Positions 25,335-32,000 of a DNA stretch of 32,000 nt are shown here, one piece after another. Source of the DNA: Nonlabens ponticola (lineage in GTDB: Bacteria > Bacteroidota > Bacteroidia > Flavobacteriales > Flavobacteriaceae); assembly GCF_003966335.1 (NCBI RefSeq), contig NZ_CP034549.1, positions 2,190,001 to 2,222,000 on the forward strand, read 5' to 3'. The position numbers and the translations under genes are program-made. The notes under the pieces were generated by a model. The model had not been told where the DNA came from. It searched no databases and was given only the letters and a program-made list of their open reading frames with translations. Positions within the stretch are counted from its first letter, which is position 1. Each line of letters starts with the position of its first letter.

Positions 25335-27050
25335 ATGGACAAGGAACATATATTAAAAGTCGCTCAAGCATGGACGCAAGCACCATTTGACGCGCAAACC
25401 ATTGCAACGACACAACAACTTATTGACTCACAGTCTGATGAGTACCTAGAGAGTTTTTATAAAGATCTAGAATTTGGTACTGGTGGCATGCGAGGTATCA
25501 TGGGAATAGGCACCAACCGCATCAATAAGTACACACTAGGCAAAAACACTCAAGGCCTCGCGACTTATCTCAAGACCAGTTTTCCTGGCGAGCAGCTCAA
25601 GGTTGCCATCGCTTATGATTGCCGCCACAACAGCAAGGAATTGGCACAAGTAGTCGCACAGGTTTTGAGCGCTAACGATATCCAAGTATTACTGTTTGAA
25701 GATTTAAGGCCTACTCCACTATTATCTTACACGGTTAAAGCTCGCAATTGTCACGCAGGTATTGTGCTAACTGCAAGTCATAATCCACCAGAATATAATG
25801 GTTACAAAGTGTACTGGCAGGATGGTGGTCAACTGGTACCACCGCAGGATAAAGAACTGTTGCAAACCATTAATGATACCCAATTTGCCGACATCAAATT
25901 CGATGGTGACAACGATACAATCGAATTGTTGGGCGATGATGCTGATGCAGCTTTTATCAAAGACAGCGTTAAGGCTGGAAAAGTAGCTGGCGATGTAGAT
26001 CGCAGTAAGGTAAAAGTAGTTTTTACTAGTCTTCACGGTACGAGCATTACCATTTTACCAGATACACTTGAAGCTGCTGGATATACCGATGTAAACATAG
26101 TACAAGAACAAGCAAAGCCTGATGGCGATTTCCCAACCGTGGAATCACCCAATCCTGAAGAACCAGAAGCACTGGCACTTGCCGTGCAATTGGCCAACAA
26201 AATTCATGCAGACATCGTCATAGGCACAGATCCTGACAGCGATCGATTAGGTATTGCCGTGCGCGACAATGACCATAAATTATTGCTGCTCAACGGTAAT
26301 CAGACCATGATTGCCATGACTGCTTTTTTACTAGAACAGACAGAACTGACGAATAAGAAAGATCCTTTTATAGGATCCACCATCGTGAGTACGCCCATGA
26401 TGAAAGATCTAGCAGCTGGTTTTAATGTTGAGTGTAAAGAAGGCCTTACCGGTTTCAAATGGATCGCGCAGATGATCCAGAATCATCCAAATCAAGATTT
26501 CATTGGTGGCGGCGAGGAAAGTTTTGGATATATGGTAGGCGATTTTGTTCGTGACAAGGATGCCGTTACCGCAAGTTTATTGGCTTGTGAACTGTTAGCT
26601 TTCGCGAAAGCTAAAAAAACAACACCCTACAACTACCTACTGGAATTGTATGTCAAATACGGTTGTTACCAGGAACGCCTTGTGAGCCTAGTCAAAAAAG
26701 GAATAAGCGGCGCGCAGGAAATCAAGCAAATGATGATCGAATTACGTGATAATCCACCACAGGAAATCGCAGGATTTAAGGTGTCCCGTATTGAGGATTA
26801 TCAATCAGGTAGCTCTCTAAATACAGCAACGGGAAACAAAGAAAATATCGAGTTACCATCATCAAATGTGCTTATTTTTTACCTAGAAAACGGCAGTAAA
26901 ATAGCGGCTAGACCTAGCGGTACAGAGCCTAAAATCAAATTTTACATCTCAGTAAAAGAAGAGCTGGATCACGCTGATAATTATGATGTTGTAAAGAGTC
27001 AATTGGATCAACAAATAGACGCTATTCTTAACAGCCTACAAGTCAATTAA
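25335..27050 (+). CDS. Phosphoglucomutase/phosphomannomutase family protein (alpha-D-phosphohexomutase)
   Basis: Active-site loop TASHNPPEYNGYK, metal loop GTDPDSDR, sugar loop GGEESFG and phosphate loop RPSGTEPK. The ATG at 25335 is preferred over the track's TTG at 25320. Confidence 0.9.
   Translation: MDKEHILKVAQAWTQAPFDAQTIATTQQLIDSQSDEYLESFYKDLEFGTGGMRGIMGIGTNRINKYTLGKNTQGLATYLKTSFPGEQLKVAIAYDCRHNSKELAQVVAQVLSANDIQVLLFEDLRPTPLLSYTVKARNCHAGIVLTASHNPPEYNGYKVYWQDGGQLVPPQDKELLQTINDTQFADIKFDGDNDTIELLGDDADAAFIKDSVKAGKVAGDVDRSKVKVVFTSLHGTSITILPDTLEAAGYTDVNIVQEQAKPDGDFPTVESPNPEEPEALALAVQLANKIHADIVIGTDPDSDRLGIAVRDNDHKLLLLNGNQTMIAMTAFLLEQTELTNKKDPFIGSTIVSTPMMKDLAAGFNVECKEGLTGFKWIAQMIQNHPNQDFIGGGEESFGYMVGDFVRDKDAVTASLLACELLAFAKAKKTTPYNYLLELYVKYGCYQERLVSLVKKGISGAQEIKQMMIELRDNPPQEIAGFKVSRIEDYQSGSSLNTATGNKENIELPSSNVLIFYLENGSKIAARPSGTEPKIKFYISVKEELDHADNYDVVKSQLDQQIDAILNSLQVN
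26598..26611. repeat. Iterated palindrome, copy 5 (inside pgm; extended 18-bp palindrome at 26596..26613)
   Basis: Exact 14-mer. Context is TAGCTTTCGCGAAAGCTA. It encodes AFAKA. Confidence 0.95.
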
Positions 27051-28873
27051 TGAATTACTTTAAGGAAATCCTGCAGTACGCAAAGCCTTACAAGGCCTAT
27101 GGTATAGGGAATATTATTAGTAACATATTTTACGCGCTGTTCAGTACATTGTCATTTTTGGCACTTATTCCTGTACTGCAAGTACTTTTTGAGGAAACGG
27201 ATCAAGTTTTTGAAAAACCAGTGTGGACTGGTATCGCCACGGCTCGTGATTTCCTGGAAGGTTATGTGAACTACTATGTGTCTGTGGTGGCAGATAACGA
27301 CAAACAACAGGCTTTGATCATCATGATTGTGCTTGTGCTAAGTATGTTTTTACTCAAGAATGTATTCTCGTACCTAGGTATGTATTTTATAACATTCCTG
27401 CGCAATGGTGTGGTGCGAGATCTGCGCAACGCGATGTATCAAAAGATTGTTCATTTGCCAATATCATTCTTTTCTGAGAAGCGCAAAGGTGATGTCATCG
27501 CTAGATCAACGAGTGACATCCATGAGGTGCAAAGCAGTTTTCTATCCATTCTCGAACTTATCGTCAAGGAACCGCTCAACATCATATTTACTTTAGGCGC
27601 CATGTTATTGTTGAGCATCAAGCTCACGATCTTTGTTTTGGTGTTCATTCCTGTAAGTGGTTACATTATCTCGCTGGTAGGTAAAAAATTAAAAAGCAAA
27701 TCGCTCAAGGTGCAGCGCGAGCAAGGAACATTTTTATCTCTGCTGGAAGAAACTCTTGGTGGGCTTAAGGTTATCAAAGGATTCAATGCTGAAAGTCGAA
27801 TGACTGATACTTTTCAAGACAGTACGCAGCGACTGTATCGTCATAGCAATAGTTTGAGTTTGCGTAAAAATCTAGCCAGTCCAGTGAGTGAATTTCTAGG
27901 TATTCTCGTGATCGGTGTTCTCCTATGGTTTGGTGGTAGAATGGTACTGTTGGATGGCACTATCAACGGTTCTACATTCATTACCTTTATGGGACTTGCT
28001 TACGGTATTTTGACGCCAGCAAAAGCGCTTTCAAAGGCAAGTTATGACGTCAAGAAAGGTAATGCCAGTGCAGAGCGTGTTCTGCAGATTTTGCATACCA
28101 AAAACCACATAAAAGATCGTGACGATGCTGTTGAGATATCCGCTTTCGCGAAAGCGGTACAAATCAAAAACCTATCCTTTGCCTATGAGGATGAGAACGT
28201 CTTGACCAATTTCTCGCTAGACATTCCTATTGGGTCCACCGTGGCGCTGGTAGGTCAATCAGGTAGTGGAAAAAGTACCATAGCAAATCTTGTAACCCGA
28301 TTTTATGATGTGAGTGAAGGAACGATCGAGATCGATGGTCATAATATTAAGGATGTGACTCTTAAAAGTTTGCGAGATCAGATGGCAATTGTGACGCAAG
28401 ACTCTATTCTTTTTAACGATACGGTCGCAGTCAACGTGGCACTGAGCAATAAAAATGCAAGCAATGAAGAAGTCATCGAGGCACTCAAAATCGCTAACGC
28501 ATGGGAATTTGTATCGCAACTACCAGAAGGTATCCATACCAACATAGGTGATAGCGGTAATAAATTAAGTGGTGGTCAAAAACAGCGATTGAGCATTGCC
28601 CGCGCCGTTCTTAAAAATGCACCAATTCTAGTACTCGACGAGGCGACAAGTGCTCTGGATACTGAAAGTGAACGACTGGTTCAAGATGCGCTTGAAAAAG
28701 TCATGAAAGACCGTACGTCTATTGTAATCGCTCACCGATTGAGTACCATTCAAAAAGCAGATCACATCGTGGTCATGAGCCGTGGCGAGATTGTAGAACA
28801 AGGAACTCACGAGGAATTGATTGCACAACAAGGTGCGTATGCTAATCTTGTGAATATGCAGAGTTTGGCTTAG
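27050..28873 (+). CDS. ABC transporter permease/ATPase fusion (MsbA/lipid exporter-like)
   Basis: 607 aa with a 6-TM N-terminal domain, Walker A GQSGSGKST, signature LSGGQKQR and Walker B ILVLDEATSALD. A TAATG overlap with the pgm stop is present. Confidence 0.9.
   Translation: MNYFKEILQYAKPYKAYGIGNIISNIFYALFSTLSFLALIPVLQVLFEETDQVFEKPVWTGIATARDFLEGYVNYYVSVVADNDKQQALIIMIVLVLSMFLLKNVFSYLGMYFITFLRNGVVRDLRNAMYQKIVHLPISFFSEKRKGDVIARSTSDIHEVQSSFLSILELIVKEPLNIIFTLGAMLLLSIKLTIFVLVFIPVSGYIISLVGKKLKSKSLKVQREQGTFLSLLEETLGGLKVIKGFNAESRMTDTFQDSTQRLYRHSNSLSLRKNLASPVSEFLGILVIGVLLWFGGRMVLLDGTINGSTFITFMGLAYGILTPAKALSKASYDVKKGNASAERVLQILHTKNHIKDRDDAVEISAFAKAVQIKNLSFAYEDENVLTNFSLDIPIGSTVALVGQSGSGKSTIANLVTRFYDVSEGTIEIDGHNIKDVTLKSLRDQMAIVTQDSILFNDTVAVNVALSNKNASNEEVIEALKIANAWEFVSQLPEGIHTNIGDSGNKLSGGQKQRLSIARAVLKNAPILVLDEATSALDTESERLVQDALEKVMKDRTSIVIAHRLSTIQKADHIVVMSRGEIVEQGTHEELIAQQGAYANLVNMQSLA
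28142..28155. repeat. Iterated palindrome, copy 6 (inside the ABC exporter gene; extended 18-bp palindrome at 28140..28157)
   Basis: Exact 14-mer. Context is CCGCTTTCGCGAAAGCGG. It encodes AFAKA. Confidence 0.95.
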
Positions 28874-28876
28874 GTT

Positions 28877-30538
28877 ATGGATCAAATCTTCCATGAATTT
28901 GAGGATGATGTATCCCATATCACATTGCCTGAAAAATTCAATTTCCCATTTTACTATGAGCCGCATGAACTCGCAGTAAAAGCTGCCAGCGAGCTGCAAG
29001 ATTATCTAAGCAAGCAACCTTGGTTTACCAAAGGTAGTGCGCAGGAAAGCGGTAAGATGTTCGGCGTTCTGGTGGTGAAAAGAGATGATGACTCGTTAGG
29101 TTTTTTGGCTTCGTTTTCAGGTAAGTTGGCTGGTGAGACTACGCAGCCTTATTTTGTACCACCAGTGTATGAGCTGGAACGAGTTGATCAATTTTTTAAA
29201 CTGGAAACGGACAAGCTTGACGCGCTCACCGCACAATTACAAGAATTAGAAAATGATCCTGCAAGCATTGAATTGATACGATCATTTGAATCTACAAGAT
29301 CACGACACGCTAGCCGGATAGAACAAGAACAGCTGCGCATCAAACGCATCAAGAGAGAACGACGCAAGTTCTTAAGGTCACAAGAAGCCGTACTTAATGC
29401 ACAAGAGTTTGAACAGCTCACGGCCCAACAACGCCAATTAAGTCTTAATAACAACTTCTTTCTTAGAGAGTATGAAGAATATCTAGATCAAACAATTCAG
29501 CCATTAGAAAAATCCTATAGCTATCTAATCGCTAGAATAACTGATCTAAAAACGAGACGTCGCGATGGATCCAACTGGTTGCAGGATTGGTTGTTTGATC
29601 AGTATAACTTCCTGAATGGCAGCAGTGAGGTCAAAAATGTAAAAGCCTTATTTAAAAACAGAACACCAGACATGCCACCAGCAGGAACTGGTGATTGTGC
29701 TGCACCCAAGTTATTACAGTATGCTTACCAGCATAACTTCACTCCTATCACCATGGCAGAATTCTGGTATGGACCATCGCCAGCTTCCAAAATCAGGAAA
29801 CATGGGAATTACTATCCAGCTTGTCGCAGCAAGTGTGAGCCAGTTCTGGAGTTCATGCTACATGGTCTTGCGGTAGATGATAACCCGCTTTTGGAAAATC
29901 CTGCGGTTGATAAAGAGTTAGAAATTATCTATGAAGACCAGCACATGCTCGCCATTGTTAAACCGGCCGAATTCCTATCAGTTCCTGGTAAGACCATAAG
30001 TGATTGTGTGCAATCTAGAATGAAAGCTGCTTATCCTGATGCCACTGGTCCCATGATTGTTCATAGGCTGGACATGAGCACCTCTGGAATTATGCTTATT
30101 GCCAAAACGCTGGAAGCCTATCACCACCTACAGCAGCAATTCATAAAACGTACGATCACCAAAAGATATACCGCTGTGCTTGTTGGAGTACCTAAGAAAG
30201 ATAACGGCTTTATTGACTTGCCCATGCGTGTAGATCTCGATAATAGGCCTTATCAACTAGTAGATCATGAGTATGGCAAATCTGCTCGCACCAAATATAA
30301 AGTTATAGGACAGTCTGATAAGCAAACACTCATTCATTTCTTTCCAATTACTGGCCGTACACATCAATTGAGAGTTCATGCAGCGCATCGTGATGGATTG
30401 AACGCTCCTATAAAAGGCGATGATCTCTATGGGACAACATCAGATAGAATGTACTTGCACGCAGATCGTATTGTGTTTGTTCATCCAGCAAGCAATGAAT
30501 CTATTGTTTTAGAGTCACCATCAGGATTTGGCGTATAA
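28877..30538 (+). CDS. RluA-family pseudouridine synthase with a roughly 345-aa uncharacterised N-terminal extension
   Basis: The C-terminal part carries HRLDMSTSGIMLIAK (catalytic Asp motif) and GRTHQLRVH. The N-terminal part has GKMFGVLVV, a long coiled-coil insert and the Cys motifs GDCAAPKLL and YYPACRSKCEP. Confidence 0.85.
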   Translation: MDQIFHEFEDDVSHITLPEKFNFPFYYEPHELAVKAASELQDYLSKQPWFTKGSAQESGKMFGVLVVKRDDDSLGFLASFSGKLAGETTQPYFVPPVYELERVDQFFKLETDKLDALTAQLQELENDPASIELIRSFESTRSRHASRIEQEQLRIKRIKRERRKFLRSQEAVLNAQEFEQLTAQQRQLSLNNNFFLREYEEYLDQTIQPLEKSYSYLIARITDLKTRRRDGSNWLQDWLFDQYNFLNGSSEVKNVKALFKNRTPDMPPAGTGDCAAPKLLQYAYQHNFTPITMAEFWYGPSPASKIRKHGNYYPACRSKCEPVLEFMLHGLAVDDNPLLENPAVDKELEIIYEDQHMLAIVKPAEFLSVPGKTISDCVQSRMKAAYPDATGPMIVHRLDMSTSGIMLIAKTLEAYHHLQQQFIKRTITKRYTAVLVGVPKKDNGFIDLPMRVDLDNRPYQLVDHEYGKSARTKYKVIGQSDKQTLIHFFPITGRTHQLRVHAAHRDGLNAPIKGDDLYGTTSDRMYLHADRIVFVHPASNESIVLESPSGFGV

Positions 30539-30540
30539 AA

Positions 30541-30570
30541 AAATCTGCAAGAAATAATTCCTGCAGATTT
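30541..30570. terminator. Bidirectional terminator hairpin between convergent genes
   Basis: AAATCTGCA 30541..30549 pairs with TGCAGATTT 30562..30570. It is flanked by an A-run upstream (30537..30543) and T3 downstream. Confidence 0.55.
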
Positions 30571-30590
30571 CTAATAATATTTATCACTTA

Positions 30591-31181
30591 TTATAGTACG
30601 AGACTAAGTGCTATGATTACTTGTTCTGGTCTGGTATCGATTCTTACATTGTCAAACATATCATTTGCATAACGCGCTTCATTCTCATTGAGACCACGCT
30701 CATAACGCACGTCAACACCTAGATTACCTAGATTCACGCCTACTCCAAATTGAAGACCAACCGTGAAATCATCTTGTGCATCACGCAGATCAAAGTTTAC
30801 TGCACCAGTATCAAAATCTGTATCTAGAATATATTGCAGCGATGGACCAGCAAAAACATGCAATGGACCTAACACCTCAAGGCCTACCAATATTGGAGCG
30901 TCAAGTTTTTTAACCTCAAAGTCACCAGCGTTGTACTCACTATTTAATTTTGTGTATATAAGTTCTGGTCTGAAATATATCGGGCCAAGATCTACTTTAC
31001 CAAAAACACCGACATGATATCCTACTCGATCGTCTGGATTTTCAGTAATGTTATTAAAATTGTCTTGAAAATCACCAACAGACCCATAGTTGAGTCCACC
31101 TTTGATCCCGAAGCCACCATCTGTCTGGGCATAGCTCAATCCTGCTAACAATAGGGTTGCTGCAATAAATAAATTTTTCAT
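30591..31181 (-). CDS. Small outer-membrane beta-barrel (porin-family) protein
   Basis: 196 aa with signal peptide MKNLFIAATLLLAGLSYAQ. Alternating-residue beta strands and Gly/aromatic girdles continue to the C-terminus. Confidence 0.75.
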   Translation of the reverse strand: MKNLFIAATLLLAGLSYAQTDGGFGIKGGLNYGSVGDFQDNFNNITENPDDRVGYHVGVFGKVDLGPIYFRPELIYTKLNSEYNAGDFEVKKLDAPILVGLEVLGPLHVFAGPSLQYILDTDFDTGAVNFDLRDAQDDFTVGLQFGVGVNLGNLGVDVRYERGLNENEARYANDMFDNVRIDTRPEQVIIALSLVL

Positions 31182-31322
31182 AGTATAAGGGTTTATAAAA
31201 GCAAAACGCTTAGTTCATAATTTTATTGACTAATAATTATGCCAAAAACTTAAAGACGGTATCTTTCTTCAAGGATAAAGTTAATTAGTTCCCTAAATAT
31301 TTCGGATATTGCTAGAATAGTA

Positions 31323-31342
31323 TATATTTGTACATACAATTA
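31323..31342 (+). promoter_or_regulatory. Candidate marR promoter -7 box (TATATTTG) overlapping a palindromic operator-like motif (TTGTACATACAATTA)
   Basis: TAnnTTTG lies at 31323..31330. The 15-nt motif at 31328..31342 recurs 14/15 at 31806..31820, upstream of the yceI-like gene. Confidence 0.4.
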
Positions 31343-31357
31343 ATACAAATACAATAG

Positions 31358-31789
31358 ATGAGTAATAAGGTTGTTGATATTCCGCTTTCGCGAAAGCTAA
31401 TCACCACGCTAATTAAAAAAGGCGCAGGGATGACTGAAGCTATTGCGAGTGTCTTGAAAGAGGAAAAACTGACAATCCAACAATTCAATGTGTTGCGTAT
31501 TCTACGTGGCCGAAAAGGCGAACCTGCAACGCTACAAGATGTAAGTAAGAATATGTTACATGCAAATTCTAATACCACACGTGTTATTGACAAGCTTGTT
31601 GACAAGAAGTATGTTGAGCGCGTACAATGTTGTGATGATAGAAGGCAAATCCAGCTCACTATTACAAAAACAGGCCTTTCCCTACTTAAAAGATTGGATC
31701 AAAAAGTAGATGATAAAGAAAATGCCTTGCTTGATAATATGTCTTTGAATGACAAAAAGACTTTGACCGATCTATTGGAAAAACTATAA
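31358..31789 (+). CDS. MarR-family transcriptional regulator
   Basis: 143 aa with a winged-HTH pattern: LTIQQFNVLRILRG...ATLQDVSKNMLHANSNTTRVIDKLVDKKYVERV...DRRQIQLTITKTG. Confidence 0.85.
   Translation: MSNKVVDIPLSRKLITTLIKKGAGMTEAIASVLKEEKLTIQQFNVLRILRGRKGEPATLQDVSKNMLHANSNTTRVIDKLVDKKYVERVQCCDDRRQIQLTITKTGLSLLKRLDQKVDDKENALLDNMSLNDKKTLTDLLEKL
31384..31397. repeat. Iterated palindrome, copy 7 (inside marR)
   Basis: Exact 14-mer. Context is TCCGCTTTCGCGAAAGCTAA. It encodes PLSRKL. Confidence 0.95.
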
Positions 31790-31805
31790 AAATTTATTTT
31801 AATAC

Positions 31806-31829
31806 TTGTATATACAATTAGTTCCTAAA
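31806..31829 (+). promoter_or_regulatory. Second copy of the operator-like motifs (TTGTATATACAATTA fused to AATTAGTTCCTAAA)
   Basis: TTGTATATACAA is a perfect 12-bp palindrome. It lies 20 nt upstream of the yceI-like ATG. Confidence 0.4.
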
Positions 31830-31839
31830 CAATTAAATC

Positions 31840-32000
31840 ATGAATGTAATTTTTAAAACCGCTGTCGTTCTAGCCGTTGTTGCTAGCACCAGCACAATCT
31901 CAAACAAAATGAAAACAGTAAACACAAACAAGAGCACGGTCACATGGACTGGTAAAAAGTTAGGCGGTAGCCATAATGGTACCATCAAATTGAAATCTGG
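31840..32000 (+). CDS. YceI-like periplasmic protein, N-terminal part (runs off the right window edge)
   Basis: My translation is MNVIFKTAVVLAVVASTSTISNKMKTVNTNKSTVTWTGKKLGGSHNGTIKLKSG. The xSxVxWxGxKxxGxHxGxI pattern is typical of the YceI family. Confidence 0.7.
   Translation, partial: MNVIFKTAVVLAVVASTSTISNKMKTVNTNKSTVTWTGKKLGGSHNGTIKLKS

Overview
This is a chromosomal, mostly housekeeping segment with Flavobacteriia (Bacteroidota) character. Supporting signs are a PorQ-like gene next to cmk, a DUF4199+GT2 pair, a 287-aa primary sigma factor, and many TAnnTTTG -7 boxes. Gene order: carB (partial) and rpmH; a TPR-like membrane protein; rnz; an acidic protein, pyrB and pyrR; a Gly-rich outer-membrane protein; rpsA; DUF1801 and a lipoprotein; cmk and porQ-like; two small membrane proteins; an AT-rich two-gene glycosylation island (GtrB/ArnC-like GT2 plus GT-C/ArnT-like transferase); rpoD; a small membrane protein, an S1/CvfB-like protein, a TM protein and a CotH-family protein; a membrane protein; rpmE2; DUF4199 and a core GT2; a 626-aa secreted protein; pgm, an MsbA-like ABC exporter and a long RluA-family pseudouridine synthase; a beta-barrel OMP; MarR and a YceI-like gene (partial). 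I found no rRNA, tRNA, CRISPR array, transposase, integrase, phage gene or recognisable defence gene. The most unusual signals are at the DNA level. (1) A perfect 14-bp palindrome, GCTTTCGCGAAAGC, occurs 7 times. Five copies sit inside unrelated conserved CDSs, in all three reading frames (AFAKA, LSRK, FRES). This resembles a highly iterated palindrome or uptake-signal type element. (2) There are pure heptanucleotide tandem arrays, (GTGGTAT)n and (TTGGAGC)5(TTGGAAC)10, plus decayed relatives, in intergenic spacers. One array makes up nearly the whole spacer between two small membrane-protein genes. (3) An 811-bp intergenic region is a mosaic of repeats. (4) The AT-rich glycosylation island is followed by a 625-bp ORF-less region upstream of rpoD. 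(5) Operator-like motifs are duplicated upstream of marR and the yceI-like gene. All protein calls come from reading the supplied or self-made translations and recognising motifs; no database search was possible.
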